A DNA stretch of 64,000 nt from Candidatus Woesearchaeota archaeon (GTDB lineage: Archaea > Nanobdellota > Nanobdellia > Woesearchaeales > UBA9642): assembly GCA_003599145.1 (NCBI GenBank), contig QZIT01000005.1, forward strand, positions 512,330 to 576,329, in the 5' to 3' direction. The notes beneath the pieces were generated by a model that did no database searches, was not told the DNA's origin, and saw only the letters and a program-made list of their open reading frames with translations. Positions 1 to 10,973 of the stretch are shown here, one piece after another (positions within the stretch are counted from its first letter, which is position 1; every line of letters begins with the position of its first letter). The position numbers were made by a program, and so were the translations under genes.

Positions 1-2214
1 AGGGTCGACGCTTAGCGCTAAAGCAGGCAGTCCATCAGTTATCAGATTCAACCATAAAAGCATGACTGCCGTTAAGGGCAAATTTTGGACTCCGAATAAA
101 AGCAACGCAAAAAAGATGATGAATACCTCTCCTAAATTGCAGGATAATAAGTAATTGACAAATTTCTTGATGTTTTCAAAAATGCCTCGGCCCTCTTCAA
201 CCGCATGAACAATGCTTGCAAAATTATCATCAGTTAAAACCATTTGGCTTGATTCTTTGGCAACATCGGTTCCTGTTATGCCCATAGCAATTCCCAAATC
301 CGCTTTTTTCAATGCAGGAGCATCATTGACGCCATCGCCTGTCATGGCAACGATTTCTCCCTTGCTCTGCAACAATTCAACAATCAGCATTTTATGACTA
401 GGCTCGACTCTTGAAAAAATAGATGTTGTTTCTAAAAACTTTAATTGTTGTTCTTTAGGCAGTTGCGCAAAAGTCAATCCTTCCATGGCATCCCCAAAAA
501 TGCCAACTTCTTTTGCAATGGCCTCTGCAGTCAATTTATTATCTCCTGTAATCATGATGACCCTGATACCTGCTTTCCTACAGGTAGCTATAGCTTCTTT
601 TACTTCAGGATGAGGCGGGTCTATCATTGCTTGCAATCCGACAAAAATCAAATTTTCTTCAAGAGCTTTCTTATCCTGCTCCTTGTAGGCGAATGCCAAC
701 ACTCTTAAAGCGCCTTTTGCAAATTCATTATTTTTTTCAAGAATGCTCTTTTTTACTGCAGGAGTCATTTTGATAATTTTTCCGTTAATCAATATTCTTG
801 TGCAATGCTCTATGACTTTTTCAGGAGCTCCTTTGGTAAAAATAAGCTTTTTCTTTGTTTTAGGATCTATATTTACCGTAGTCATCATTTTTCTGATAGC
901 ATCAAAAGGCTCTTCAGAAACTCTTTTCCAGGTTTTTTGCAGTACGTCATGCTTGACGCCTGCTTTTTCTGCGCTTACCAGCAAAGCAGCTTCTGTTGGG
1001 TCTCCTGAAACTTTCAGTTGGTTATTTTCAACATACAGCGTTGCGTCATTGCACAATACACCAATCTGAAATAACAGATTGTCTGCTTTTCCCAGTATCT
1101 GGCCTTGTATAGCATAGCCCTCTCCGGTAACAGCACATTCTTTATTGCTTGAAAAAACTTTTCTTACCGTCATCTCATTTTTCGTTAATGTTCCTGTTTT
1201 ATCAGAACAAATAACGGTTGTTTCTCCGAGTGTTTCAACAGAGGGAAGATTTCTCATCAGTGCATTTCTTCTGATCATCTTTTTTACGCCGATAGCCAAA
1301 GCTATGGTAACAATGGCAGGCAATCCCTCGGGAACAGCGGCAACAGCAAGAGCAACCGATAACAACAGCCAATGTTCCGCGCCTTTGATAAACGCAGCAG
1401 TATCTGAAAAAAGAATGTTCCACAGTCCTGTTGAAAACAGCCCTACAAGCAAAACAACAATGCAGATAGCAATAGTGCCCATGCCTATTTTTTTTCCCAA
1501 GTCATCGAGTTTTTTCTGCAACGGCGTTAACTGTTCTTCAACTTTTGAAAGCAAGTCTGCTATTTTTCCTATTTCAGCATGCATGCCTGTAGCAGTAACA
1601 ACAACTTTTGCCCTTCCTTTGGTTACGACAGTACCTGAAAATACCATATTTTTTTGGTCTGCCAAAGGCAGTTCTCCCTGCAACAGTTCTGCTGTTTTTT
1701 CAACAGGAACACTTTCTCCTGTAAGCGATGCTTCAGAAACGTGAAAAACCGCAGCTTCGATAATTCTTCCATCGGCAGGAATTTTATTGCCTTCTTCTAA
1801 AAAAAGAATGTCCCCTGGAACAATCTCCTTTGTTTCTATCATAACGAGATTGCCGTTTCTTAAAACTTTAGCCTTTAACCCTGAAAGTTTCTTCAGTGCA
1901 GCAATGGCCTTTTCTGCTCTATACTCTTGAACAAAACCAATAATGGCATTCAACAGCAAAATAAAAAGAATGATGATGGCATCAACGTATTCTTTTTGTA
2001 TCAGCGATAGAATAATGGCAAAAAAAAGAATGTAGATGATGAAGCTTCTAAACTGGCTTATGAAGATAATAAACGCGCTTTTTTTCTTTTTTTCCTGCAG
2101 TTCATTCCAGCCGTATTTTTTTCTGCTTTCGTCTATTTGAGATTCTTTTAAACCTAAAATAGGATCAACAGAAAAAGACTGCATAATCTCTTGGCTGGAT
2201 TGATTATAAAACAT
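1..2214 (-). CDS. Cation-transporting P-type ATPase (type II, Ca2+-ATPase-like), C-terminus beyond window edge
   Basis: Read by hand on the minus strand from ATG 2214 (MFYNQSSQEI..KYGWNEL). Contains TGES (~1715), PEGL, CSDKTGTLT (~1195), MITGD and TGDGVNDAPAL (~330). Missing from the ORF track because there is no stop in the window. Confidence 0.93.
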   Translation of the reverse strand, partial: MFYNQSSQEIMQSFSVDPILGLKESQIDESRKKYGWNELQEKKKKSAFIIFISQFRSFIIYILFFAIILSLIQKEYVDAIIILFILLLNAIIGFVQEYRAEKAIAALKKLSGLKAKVLRNGNLVMIETKEIVPGDILFLEEGNKIPADGRIIEAAVFHVSEASLTGESVPVEKTAELLQGELPLADQKNMVFSGTVVTKGRAKVVVTATGMHAEIGKIADLLSKVEEQLTPLQKKLDDLGKKIGMGTIAICIVVLLVGLFSTGLWNILFSDTAAFIKGAEHWLLLSVALAVAAVPEGLPAIVTIALAIGVKKMIRRNALMRNLPSVETLGETTVICSDKTGTLTKNEMTVRKVFSSNKECAVTGEGYAIQGQILGKADNLLFQIGVLCNDATLYVENNQLKVSGDPTEAALLVSAEKAGVKHDVLQKTWKRVSEEPFDAIRKMMTTVNIDPKTKKKLIFTKGAPEKVIEHCTRILINGKIIKMTPAVKKSILEKNNEFAKGALRVLAFAYKEQDKKALEENLIFVGLQAMIDPPHPEVKEAIATCRKAGIRVIMITGDNKLTAEAIAKEVGIFGDAMEGLTFAQLPKEQQLKFLETTSIFSRVEPSHKMLIVELLQSKGEIVAMTGDGVNDAPALKKADLGIAMGITGTDVAKESSQMVLTDDNFASIVHAVEEGRGIFENIKKFVNYLLSCNLGEVFIIFFALLLFGVQNLPLTAVMLLWLNLITDGLPALALSVDP

Positions 2215-2265
2215 GCACACCCCTTTTTAATTATAGGGCAGAAAACAGTATATAAAGATTTCGAA

Positions 2266-2772
2266 TTATGCCAAAGCAGATTGCCGTTCTACAATGATTT
2301 TTTTATCCTGATGCCAAAAAGCAATCCTTGTCTTTGTTCGTTCATCAACCACCTTATGCACTTCAACAGAAAATCCTAGTCTTTGCAAAAGAGCAATGCA
2401 CTTTTTTTGCTTCTTGCTCAGGGATTCATAAACTAGTTTGCATTCGACAAAGAGGAATTTATTGTTTCTCATGCAGATAAAATCAGGCAGTCCATGATGC
2501 ACTGCGTTGATATAATGAAGCTGTTCAAGGTGACGAGGGCAATATTTTTTTAACAGCAAGTGCAGTTGTTGATATTTTTTGGCTACTGCAGGATACTCTG
2601 GATAAGGATTTTCCATGCCTATTAATCCTGCTCTCCAAACACTCCATCCATTTTTTTCAAGCCTTTTTTTCAATGCTTTTTCTGCAAAACCTCTTCTGTT
2701 TTTAGGAATAGCTAAAGGAACAAAAACATATTTCACCTTGTGCACGAATTCCAAAAGAGTCGTCTGTCTCAC
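2266..2772 (-). CDS. VRR-NUC / PD-(D/E)XK nuclease domain protein
   Basis: Motif GLPDFIC...FLFVECK...SLSKKQ. GTG start at 2772 chosen because the longer ORF overlaps the divergent gene. Confidence 0.7.
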   Translation of the reverse strand: MRQTTLLEFVHKVKYVFVPLAIPKNRRGFAEKALKKRLEKNGWSVWRAGLIGMENPYPEYPAVAKKYQQLHLLLKKYCPRHLEQLHYINAVHHGLPDFICMRNNKFLFVECKLVYESLSKKQKKCIALLQRLGFSVEVHKVVDERTKTRIAFWHQDKKIIVERQSALA

Positions 2773-2867
2773 CAAAACAGGAAAAAAGAACTCGTTAAAA
2801 TAGACTTTGCGAGAATGTCCAGTGCTTAATGAAAAACATTTATAAAGAACGAAAAGAAAAATAAAGC

Positions 2868-3803
2868 ATGTATCTGGCCAGAAAAGAAAAATTCGGAAAA
2901 GGAGAAAAAATAACCCTGCTGAATGAAGCGACAAGAGAATCTGCAACGTTTGCACTTTGGGGCGCTACGCTATTGGATCTTGTACTGAAGAAGGGAAAGA
3001 ACAATCACCGCATCATCGATGGCTATAAGCATCCTGAAGAACTGCTCAAGCATCATCTTTCTAAAAATATAAAACTCATTCCCTTCCCCAACAGAATCAA
3101 GGATGGAAAGTATCTCTTTGAAAAAAAAGAGTACCAACTGCCCATCAATTTTCCTGCTCAGCATCACGCCATTCACGGATTGCTGTTCCAGAGAAAATTT
3201 TTTGTGCAAAAAATGAGTGCAGATAAAAATCATGCAGCGGCAGTTCTGCATTATCACTATAGACGGGAGAATGCGGGCTATCCCTTTCTTATGGACGTAA
3301 ATCTAGAGTATAGTTTAGACAAGAAGGGATTTTCCTGCACAACCACCATAGAAAACAAGGACAGCAAAAATATACCTATAGCCGATGGATGGCACCCTTA
3401 TTTCACATTGGGAAAAAGAGCAGATGACTGGTTATTGCTGATTCCCTCTCACAAAAAAATCGAAGTCGATGAACGAATGATTCCCACCGGAAAAAAAATC
3501 ACGCTCAGCAAATTCCAAAAGCTTGAAAAGATCAATAACGAACAGTTTGACACTGGATTCATCATTAAAAAAAAAGGAACAGCCATAACCAAACTGAAAC
3601 ACAAAGAATTAACCATTAATCTCTGGCAAGAAACAGGGAAAAGCAAATACAACTATCTACAGGTCTTTATTCCGCCTTTAAGAAACGCCATCGCCCTAGA
3701 GCCGATGACCTGCAGCACTGATGCGTTTAACAATAAAGAAGGGCTGATTGTTTTAAAACCAAAGCAAAAATTCACTGCAAGTTACGGCGTGTTTCTTTCT
3801 TAA
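2868..3803 (+). CDS. Aldose 1-epimerase (galactose mutarotase) family protein
   Basis: Motifs LIPFPNRIKDG, HAIHG, GWHPYF, FDTGF and IALEPMT. Confidence 0.9.
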   Translation: MYLARKEKFGKGEKITLLNEATRESATFALWGATLLDLVLKKGKNNHRIIDGYKHPEELLKHHLSKNIKLIPFPNRIKDGKYLFEKKEYQLPINFPAQHHAIHGLLFQRKFFVQKMSADKNHAAAVLHYHYRRENAGYPFLMDVNLEYSLDKKGFSCTTTIENKDSKNIPIADGWHPYFTLGKRADDWLLLIPSHKKIEVDERMIPTGKKITLSKFQKLEKINNEQFDTGFIIKKKGTAITKLKHKELTINLWQETGKSKYNYLQVFIPPLRNAIALEPMTCSTDAFNNKEGLIVLKPKQKFTASYGVFLS

Positions 3804-3811
3804 GCGAGTTC

Positions 3812-5194
3812 TTAACGCTGCTTTTTGTCATGCGCAAAAAACGCTTTTGCATCATCAGAAACCATAACAGGATAACTTCCGGTTAAACAAGCAGTGCATA
3901 AATTCTTTCTTATTGCTTTTTCCAAATCCTCAACAGTTGCATAAATAAGCTTATCTGCACCAATAAACTCTCTGATTTCTTCAAGGGATTTATCGTTTGC
4001 AATGAGCTCTCGCGCCGTTGGCATGTCAATGCCATAAAAACAGGGATGTTTAATAGGAGGGCAGGAAGAAACAAAAATTATTTTTTTAGCGCCCGCATCC
4101 CTTAACAGCTTGATGATCCTTTTTGAAGTTGTTGCTCTGACAATGCTGTCATCGACTACGGCAACAATTTTATCTTTAACGGCGCTGATGATGACATTCA
4201 ACTTGATGTTGACAGAGTCTTTTCTTGAATCCTGAGAGGGCATGATGAAGGTTCTTGCAATGTATCTGTTTTTAATCAGCCCCTCTCTGTATTTTACTCC
4301 CAAGACTTCTGCAAGTTTCGCTGCAGAGGCTCTTGCGGTGTCAGGAACAGGGATAACTACATCGATAAGGTCATCTCTTAAATGCTCAGCGAGCGTTGCT
4401 CCTAAAGCCAATCTTGCCTTATACACGGCACGCTCTTCAATCATAGACTCAGGCCTGGCAAAATACACCCACTCAAACATGCAGTGGGCTCTGTGTTTTT
4501 CCAAAAGCACTTTGCTCTGCACGCGGAATTGTTCGTCAATAAACATCGCCTCTCCTGGAGCAATATCCCTCACAAATTCATACCCCAAGGTTTGCAAGGC
4601 TACAGACTCTGAAGCAAAAACATAGCTGCTATTTTTTTTGCCCAATACCAGAGGCCTTATGCCATGAGGGTCCCGAATGGCAAACATCCCTTTATCGCTG
4701 ATAAATCCAACAATAGAATAAGAGCCTTCAAGAGTTTGCAAAACATGTTTCGCTGATGCAAAGAAATCCTTTGTTTTTTCATACTTGGCTGCAAAAAGGT
4801 GCAGTGCTGGTTCAATATCGATAGTGGTAGTCAAAAAAACTCCTTTTTCTGATAAGTTCGCTTTTAATTCGAGGTAATTCGTGATATTTCCATTGTGCGC
4901 CATGGCTATCTTATTGGTTGCATTAACAAAGAGCGGTTGTGCATTGATTGATGAAGCATGGCCTATGGTAGAATATCTTGTTTGGGCAATACCCATAGTT
5001 CCCTGCAATTTTTGAAGTTCCTGTTCAGGAAATATTTGCTGTACAAGCCCTGTCGATTTTTTCACAAAAACAGTGTTGTCATTGCTGGTAATGATGCCGG
5101 CAGCATCCTGGCCTCTGTGCTGTAAAGCCATTAATCCACAGAACAATTGAAAGCTTACCTGTTCGCTATCAACAATTCCAATAACCCCGCACAT
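3812..5194 (-). CDS. purF: Amidophosphoribosyltransferase
   Basis: N-terminal MCGVIG (Ntn Cys), LQHRGQD, HNGNI, CMFEWVYFARP, VVDDSIVR, CFYGID and CTAC. Confidence 0.96.
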   Translation of the reverse strand: MCGVIGIVDSEQVSFQLFCGLMALQHRGQDAAGIITSNDNTVFVKKSTGLVQQIFPEQELQKLQGTMGIAQTRYSTIGHASSINAQPLFVNATNKIAMAHNGNITNYLELKANLSEKGVFLTTTIDIEPALHLFAAKYEKTKDFFASAKHVLQTLEGSYSIVGFISDKGMFAIRDPHGIRPLVLGKKNSSYVFASESVALQTLGYEFVRDIAPGEAMFIDEQFRVQSKVLLEKHRAHCMFEWVYFARPESMIEERAVYKARLALGATLAEHLRDDLIDVVIPVPDTARASAAKLAEVLGVKYREGLIKNRYIARTFIMPSQDSRKDSVNIKLNVIISAVKDKIVAVVDDSIVRATTSKRIIKLLRDAGAKKIIFVSSCPPIKHPCFYGIDMPTARELIANDKSLEEIREFIGADKLIYATVEDLEKAIRKNLCTACLTGSYPVMVSDDAKAFFAHDKKQR

Positions 5195-5357
5195 AGTTGC
5201 AGGATTGTTTAAGATTATATAAAAATTGCTTTTCATTGCTCAAAAACAGTTTATAAACGGTCTCGAACATGAATTCTTGTGTTATAGCCTTTTTCAGATG
5301 TTATTTTTCAGGGAATGGTATTTATAACAAGGCATCTTTCTTAAAGCAGGTGAAAAC

Positions 5358-5558
5358 ATGAAAACACTTACCTTAAAAGTAAAGGGAATGCATTGCAAAA
5401 GCTGTGAAATGCTAATAGCAGATACTGTTGGAGAAATTGAAGGCGTAAAAAAAGTGCAAAGCTCCTTTAAAGATGGAAAAGTAACGGTTATTGCAGAAGA
5501 CTCTACAAGTGAAAATGCTATAAAACAAGCAATAGAAAAAGAAGGTTACAAACTTTGA
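5358..5558 (+). CDS. copZ: Copper chaperone (HMA domain)
   Basis: 66 aa with GMHCKSC; GGTGA SD upstream; first gene of the cluster ending in copA. Confidence 0.9.
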   Translation: MKTLTLKVKGMHCKSCEMLIADTVGEIEGVKKVQSSFKDGKVTVIAEDSTSENAIKQAIEKEGYKL

Positions 5559-6469
5559 AAACCACGATTTACGTTCCGGATATCGAATGTGAAAGCTGTT
5601 CTAAGTTAATCAGCAGAAAATTAAAGCATAAGGAAGGCATCAACCAGATTTCAATAAAGCCAGATAGTGTGGATATTGATTATGATGAAAGCAAAATAAA
5701 GCCAGAGCAGCTAGTGCAAACGATAAAAGATGCTGAGTTTAGAGCAGGGCTAGAGCCGTTTGAAAGAAAAACATTCAAAGAGCGATGGAGAGATTTTAAA
5801 GAAAATAAAAAAAAATATCATCTGGAATTAAAAGGAATAGAATATGCAGCATTCATCTTTTTAATACTCACTGCCTTGGAAGCAATTGCTTACTTTGGCT
5901 TTCTCAAAACACCCACGTTCTTAACCAACTATGGCTGGTGGTTTTTTTACCTCAATATTTCCATTACAGCCATAAGTTTTGGTTTATGGCACATTTTTGC
6001 GTATAAAACAAAAATTACCTGCATGGTAGGCATGATGATAGGAATGACTCTAGGCATGCAAACAGGCATGATGATAGGTGCTATTTTGGGAGCAACAAAC
6101 GGCTTCTTTATAGGCGCAATGACTGGCATGATTTTAGGGGTAACCGTTGGCATCATTGCGGGAAAATGCTGCGGCATTATGGGCATTATGGAAGGCATGA
6201 TGGCAGGCCTTATGGGCGGTACGATGGGCCCGATGATATCGCTCATGATGTTTTCAGACCACTTGCTCTGGTTTATGCCGGCATATATGATCATTAACCT
6301 GCTGATTATTGCTGGATTGTCATATATGATGTACGAAGAAGTGGTTGAGTATAAAGAAGTAAGAAAACAACCGCTTGACTTTTTAACCATTGCATCGCTT
6401 TGCATTATCGTTGCATTTGTATTAATTATGATTATATTATACGGGCCAAAGGCGGCATTTTTGAGGTGA
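5555..6469 (+). CDS. HMA-domain membrane protein with Met/Gly-rich transmembrane repeats
   Basis: N-terminal DIECESC, several TM helices and CMVGMMIGMTLGMQTGMMIG...GMMAGLMGGTMGPM. TTG start overlaps the copZ stop. Confidence 0.8.
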   Translation: MKTTIYVPDIECESCSKLISRKLKHKEGINQISIKPDSVDIDYDESKIKPEQLVQTIKDAEFRAGLEPFERKTFKERWRDFKENKKKYHLELKGIEYAAFIFLILTALEAIAYFGFLKTPTFLTNYGWWFFYLNISITAISFGLWHIFAYKTKITCMVGMMIGMTLGMQTGMMIGAILGATNGFFIGAMTGMILGVTVGIIAGKCCGIMGIMEGMMAGLMGGTMGPMISLMMFSDHLLWFMPAYMIINLLIIAGLSYMMYEEVVEYKEVRKQPLDFLTIASLCIIVAFVLIMIILYGPKAAFLR

Positions 6470-6473
6470 TACA

Positions 6474-6977
6474 ATGAAAGGAAAAAAAATGATTTTATTT
6501 GGAGCAATTGCTATAGTGCTTTTTGTATTGGCGTTTTCATTAAAAAGCTATGTTATTGCAACACCATATTCTGCATATGCTGAGAACACAGAAAATCTGC
6601 AAAACACCGTGAGCAATGGAGAAGTGCAGACAGTTAAGCTAAGCTTCGATAATTACGGTTACGTGATGGAGCCATCTACCTTGAAAAAAGGAATTCCTGT
6701 AAGAATGGAAGTCGATTTAAGCACCGTTACTGGATGCATGAGGGATGTTGTTATTTCTGCATTTAATGTGAGAAGATATGTAAGCTCCGGAAACAATATC
6801 ATAGAATTTACGCCTGATAAGACAGGAACATTCAACATCATGTGTTCCATGGGCATGGGACGAGGAAAGTTTACGGTTGCTGAAGCTGATGGAACAGCAT
6901 CAAGCTACATCGAACAGGCTCCTCTTGGAGGAAGCTGTGCTGCTGCTGGCGGTGGATGCGGATGCGGAGCAAGGTAA
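6474..6977 (+). CDS. Membrane-anchored cupredoxin-domain protein (CupA-like)
   Basis: N-terminal TM, FTPDKTGTFNIMCSMGM, Cys/Gly tail [14 protein letters not shown]. Confidence 0.82.
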   Translation: MKGKKMILFGAIAIVLFVLAFSLKSYVIATPYSAYAENTENLQNTVSNGEVQTVKLSFDNYGYVMEPSTLKKGIPVRMEVDLSTVTGCMRDVVISAFNVRRYVSSGNNIIEFTPDKTGTFNIMCSMGMGRGKFTVAEADGTASSYIEQAPLGGSCAAAGGGCGCGAR

Positions 6978-7294
6978 AGTATTTTGTTATTTTGATTATT
7001 TTACTCACAGCACTCCAAGCCTGTGAAAATAACCTCGATGAAAAAACAGTGCAAAGAGTGGATGTATTGTATGAGCACACCGTCTTGATGAAACAGTTGG
7101 GAACACCAAAACAACTAGAACGAATAGGTTTAAATGCAGACTACATATTGGACAGTTCTGGATTGGCACCTGAAGACAAAATAAATGCACTAGAAAACGC
7201 GTATAATATGCCTTCAAGCGGAAACTATAAAGAAAGGATAATAAAATTAGAAGAAAAAATGAGCATCATGATGCAAAATTGGGGTGTAGAATGA
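6956..7294 (+). CDS. Hypothetical lipoprotein-like protein in the copper cluster
   Basis: Hydrophobic leader ending LQAC; overlaps both neighbours. Confidence 0.6.
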   Translation: MRMRSKVKYFVILIILLTALQACENNLDEKTVQRVDVLYEHTVLMKQLGTPKQLERIGLNADYILDSSGLAPEDKINALENAYNMPSSGNYKERIIKLEEKMSIMMQNWGVE

Positions 7295-9444
7295 AAAAGG
7301 AATTTGCAATAACAGGAATGCATTGCGCAAGCTGCTCAACATTAGTTTCTAGAGCTTTAGAAAAAACACCCGGAGTGCAAAGCGCAAATGTTAATTTGAC
7401 AACAGCAAAAGCAACAGTAGAGTATGATGAAAAAACAGTTTCTGAAAAAGAACTCATTGCAGCTGTTGAAAGAAAAGGGTATGGAGCGCTTCCTTATAGC
7501 AAAGAAGGCCATGAAAAAAAACAAAAAAGAGACTTGCAAAAATTAAAAACAAAATTTTTGATAAGCTTAACCTTTGCAATACCTGCATTTTTGATAGGTA
7601 TGGTGTTTATGTGGCTTGGAATTATGATCCCCTTTCAAGAGTATATTCTCTGGTTTTTGGCAACGCCTGTACAATTTTTTGTAGGCTGGGAATTTTATAA
7701 AGGAACATTCACGGCAATAAAAAACAAAAGTGCAAATATGGATTCCTTAATAGCCATAGGGACAACTGCTGCATACGCATTCAGCGTCTATGCTGTTCTG
7801 TTCAATCCTGAACTCGGACAGTATTTTGAAATATCTGCCATTTTAATTACGCTTGTATTGATGGGCAAGCTTTTGGAAGCAAACGCAAAAGGAAAAACAT
7901 CTGATGCTATAAAAAAGCTCATGGCATTGTCTCCCAAAACAGCAACCGTTATCAGAAAAGGAAAAGAAATAGTTATTCCTGCAGAGCAAGTTATTGTTGG
8001 CGATATTATTATTGTAAAACCAGGAGAAAAAATTCCTGTAGACGGCATTGTTGTCGAGGGAAATTCTGCTGTTGATGAAAGCATGATAACAGGGGAAAGC
8101 ATTCCTGTGGAAAAGAAAAAAGGAGATAAGATTATAGGCGCAACTGTGAACAAGCATGGAAGCTTTATGTTTAAAGCTACATCCGTAGGAGAACACACTG
8201 CGCTTGCACAGATTATTAAATTAATAGAAGATGCCCAAGGAAAAAAAGCACCCATACAAAGATTTGCAGACACTATTTCTGCTTATTTTGTTCCTATGGT
8301 TATAGGCATAGCAGTTATTGTTTTTTTTAGCTGGCTTGCTCTTGGAAAAGAATTTTCTTTTGCATTGATAACTGCAGTAGCTGTTTTAGTTATTGCATGC
8401 CCTTGTGCATTAGGATTAGCTACACCTACTGCCATCATGGTAGGCACAGGAAAAGGCGCTAAAAAAGGCATTCTCATTAAAGGCGGTGATGCTCTGGAAA
8501 CAGCGCATAAACTAAAATACATTATTTTTGACAAAACAGGAACCATCACGCACGGAAAGCCTGAAGTTACTGAAATTTTAGGAAGCAAAACATTGCAGAT
8601 AGCTGCATCTATAGAAAAAAATTCAGAGCATCCTCTCGCTGAAGCCATAGTAAAAAAAGCAATGGATGAAAAAGTAGTGCTTACCAAAGTAAAACAGTTC
8701 AAGGCAATTCCTGGTTATGGAGTGCAGGGAATGCTAGGAAAGCAGTATTTTCTAGGCAATCAAAAACTCATGCAGATGAAAAAAATCAGCATTGAAAAAT
8801 TTCAGAAAAATATTGATGAGCTTGAAGAGCAGGGAAAAACAGTCATGATTCTTGCTGATAGCAAAAATGTTTTAGGAATTATTGCTGTTGCAGACACCAT
8901 AAAAGAAACATCACGAGAAGCAATAAGAAGATTGCAGGAAATAGGCTTGCAGGTGTATATGATAACAGGCGACAATCAAAAAACAGCAGCGGCAATTGCA
9001 AAACAGGCAGGAATAAACAATGTTTTTGCAGAAGTTTTGCCTGAGGATAAGGCAAAGTATGTAAAACAACTGCAACAAAAAGGAAAAGTTGCCATGGTTG
9101 GAGATGGCATCAACGATGCTCCTGCTCTTGCCCAGGCAGATATAGGCATAGCCATGGGCTCTGGAACAGATGTTGCCATGGAATCAGGCAATATTGTTTT
9201 GATGAGGAATGATTTACTCGATGTTCCTCGTGCAATAACGTTAAGCAGGCAAACCATGAAAAAAATAAAACAGAATATGTTCTGGGCATTGTTTTACAAT
9301 GTGTTAGGCATACCTATTGCAGCAGGATTATTATATCCATTTACCGGTTGGCTATTGTCGCCTATTATTGCAGGAGGAGCAATGGCATTGAGCAGTGTAA
9401 GCGTTGTTTCAAATTCCCTGTTATTGCAGCATAAAAGATTATAA
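7291..9444 (+). CDS. copA: Cu(I)-translocating P1B-type ATPase
   Basis: [33 protein letters not shown] and MALSS. Confidence 0.97.
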   Translation: MKKEFAITGMHCASCSTLVSRALEKTPGVQSANVNLTTAKATVEYDEKTVSEKELIAAVERKGYGALPYSKEGHEKKQKRDLQKLKTKFLISLTFAIPAFLIGMVFMWLGIMIPFQEYILWFLATPVQFFVGWEFYKGTFTAIKNKSANMDSLIAIGTTAAYAFSVYAVLFNPELGQYFEISAILITLVLMGKLLEANAKGKTSDAIKKLMALSPKTATVIRKGKEIVIPAEQVIVGDIIIVKPGEKIPVDGIVVEGNSAVDESMITGESIPVEKKKGDKIIGATVNKHGSFMFKATSVGEHTALAQIIKLIEDAQGKKAPIQRFADTISAYFVPMVIGIAVIVFFSWLALGKEFSFALITAVAVLVIACPCALGLATPTAIMVGTGKGAKKGILIKGGDALETAHKLKYIIFDKTGTITHGKPEVTEILGSKTLQIAASIEKNSEHPLAEAIVKKAMDEKVVLTKVKQFKAIPGYGVQGMLGKQYFLGNQKLMQMKKISIEKFQKNIDELEEQGKTVMILADSKNVLGIIAVADTIKETSREAIRRLQEIGLQVYMITGDNQKTAAAIAKQAGINNVFAEVLPEDKAKYVKQLQQKGKVAMVGDGINDAPALAQADIGIAMGSGTDVAMESGNIVLMRNDLLDVPRAITLSRQTMKKIKQNMFWALFYNVLGIPIAAGLLYPFTGWLLSPIIAGGAMALSSVSVVSNSLLLQHKRL

Positions 9445-9483
9445 TACCATAAACTTTTTGAATAAACACACGTTTTAAACAGC

Positions 9484-10023
9484 ATGAACCAAAAACAGAT
9501 AGGCATGATTGTTATTTTGCTTGGTATTCTCTTGGGCATTTTTGTATACGCTGCAAAAGTACGCTCTGACAACGCAGCAGAGGCATTGACAGCAGCAACA
9601 GGAAGCTGTTTTTTAGAAGATGGCACTTGCCTGCACGAATCAGGAAGCACCTTTTTTCTTTTAGGGGGTATCATTGCAGCGGCATTGCTGATTTTAGGAG
9701 TGTATCTGTTCTTTTTTGACAAAACTCAGACACTATTGGTAAAACAACATGCCATGGTATCGACTGCATTAAAAGAAGCGAAAAAACATGAAAAAGCAAA
9801 GGATGAATTTAAGGCATTTTTATCAGGATTTACAGACGAAGAACAAAAGATTATTTTAGCGATTCATGAACAGGAAGGCGTACAGCAGTCAACCTTGCGG
9901 TATAGATTGGGAATGTCAAAGGCAACGTTGTCTTTGTTACTGCAATCACTAGAGAAAAAGGACATCATTTCTAAAAAAGCAGAAGGAAAAACCAATAAAC
10001 TGTATTTAAGGAAGAAATTTTAG
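9484..10023 (+). CDS. Membrane-tethered winged-HTH regulator with Cys/His loop
   Basis: Two TM helices around CFLEDGTCLHE; C-terminal wHTH (QSTLRYRLGMSKATLS..LEKKDII). Confidence 0.75.
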   Translation: MNQKQIGMIVILLGILLGIFVYAAKVRSDNAAEALTAATGSCFLEDGTCLHESGSTFFLLGGIIAAALLILGVYLFFFDKTQTLLVKQHAMVSTALKEAKKHEKAKDEFKAFLSGFTDEEQKIILAIHEQEGVQQSTLRYRLGMSKATLSLLLQSLEKKDIISKKAEGKTNKLYLRKKF

Positions 10024-10973
10024 TCTGCAATGACATGCAATGCAGGAAATCCCGTATATCCAAAATATTCATAGTACCTTAAAACATCTTTGAATAATTT
10101 TGCAATTTTTTCCAACTCATCAAGCAAATGCACCAAATTTTCAACAATAATTTCTGTTTCAAAATCTGCTCCGCCTATGGAATCATTTATTTGATAAAAA
10201 TAGCGGTGATTTTTCAGATATTCAAAAAGCTCCTTGTTTCTTTTTGTAGAACGCAGATAAAAATCAACTCTATATCCCTGATAGCCTAATTTAGTAAGGT
10301 TCATATCTGTTTTATAGCCTACAATGACCTGTTCAACCTCTAATTTTTTTATTCTTTTTCTCACGGTTTCAACAGAAACACCGACTGCTTTTGCAACTTC
10401 ATGCAAGGGCTGCCGTACATCTTTTCCGTAAGCATGAATTATTTTTTCATCAATGTCGTCGTGGTGTATCTCCTGATTATCCCCAGAAGTTCTTTGAATT
10501 TTATAATTAAAATTATCGAGAAGAAACGTTTTATTGAAATTGTGGACAGGAGAGTAAATGGCAATTTTGTATTCTGCTATTTGTTCTTTGTAGAGTGCTT
10601 CTATCTGATCCCAAATAGGAGGAAATTCTTTCGTGTGCTTTATTCCTACAAAAAATGCCAAATCCCATTTTCCGTGCAATTTGGCAATAGTCCATATTTG
10701 TGGTATTTGCAAAAGATACGTGTAAAAATCATTTTTTTCTTTAAGCGTCATGTACTGCCATTTGATATACACTCTAAAGGTCATATAGCCAAATTTGGAC
10801 ATATCTGCTATTAAGTGCGTTTTTCTTAGAATATCCTGCTGCTGAAGTCTTTGAATTCTGTAAGACGTTGTTTCAGGGCTCTTGCCTATTCGCTTTGCTA
10901 GCTTATTCAAAGGTATGGCTGAATTCAATTCCAATTCTGTCAAAATCTTCTTATCTATCAAGTCTACAGACAT
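10020..10973 (-). CDS. Tandem-domain Lrp/AsnC transcriptional regulator
   Basis: Two HTH+RAM units (DLIDKKIL..RIQRL; DDIDEKII..RIKKL; GKWDL, GGADFE). Confidence 0.88.
   Translation of the reverse strand: MSVDLIDKKILTELELNSAIPLNKLAKRIGKSPETTSYRIQRLQQQDILRKTHLIADMSKFGYMTFRVYIKWQYMTLKEKNDFYTYLLQIPQIWTIAKLHGKWDLAFFVGIKHTKEFPPIWDQIEALYKEQIAEYKIAIYSPVHNFNKTFLLDNFNYKIQRTSGDNQEIHHDDIDEKIIHAYGKDVRQPLHEVAKAVGVSVETVRKRIKKLEVEQVIVGYKTDMNLTKLGYQGYRVDFYLRSTKRNKELFEYLKNHRYFYQINDSIGGADFETEIIVENLVHLLDELEKIAKLFKDVLRYYEYFGYTGFPALHVIAD

Noticed and set aside
212-1744. Plus-strand ORFs 212-397, 445-708, 743-1069 and 1145-1744
   Set aside because: They are antisense shadows of the minus-strand P-type ATPase, which has all the canonical motifs.
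2773-2955. Hydrophobic N-terminal extension of the VRR-NUC ORF
   Set aside because: It runs through the AT-rich divergent promoter and into the epimerase gene; GTG 2772 is the more plausible start.
5947-6507. Minus-strand ORF with striking PIIM/PAIM repeats
   Set aside because: It is the reverse-complement echo of the GMM repeats in the real plus-strand gene.
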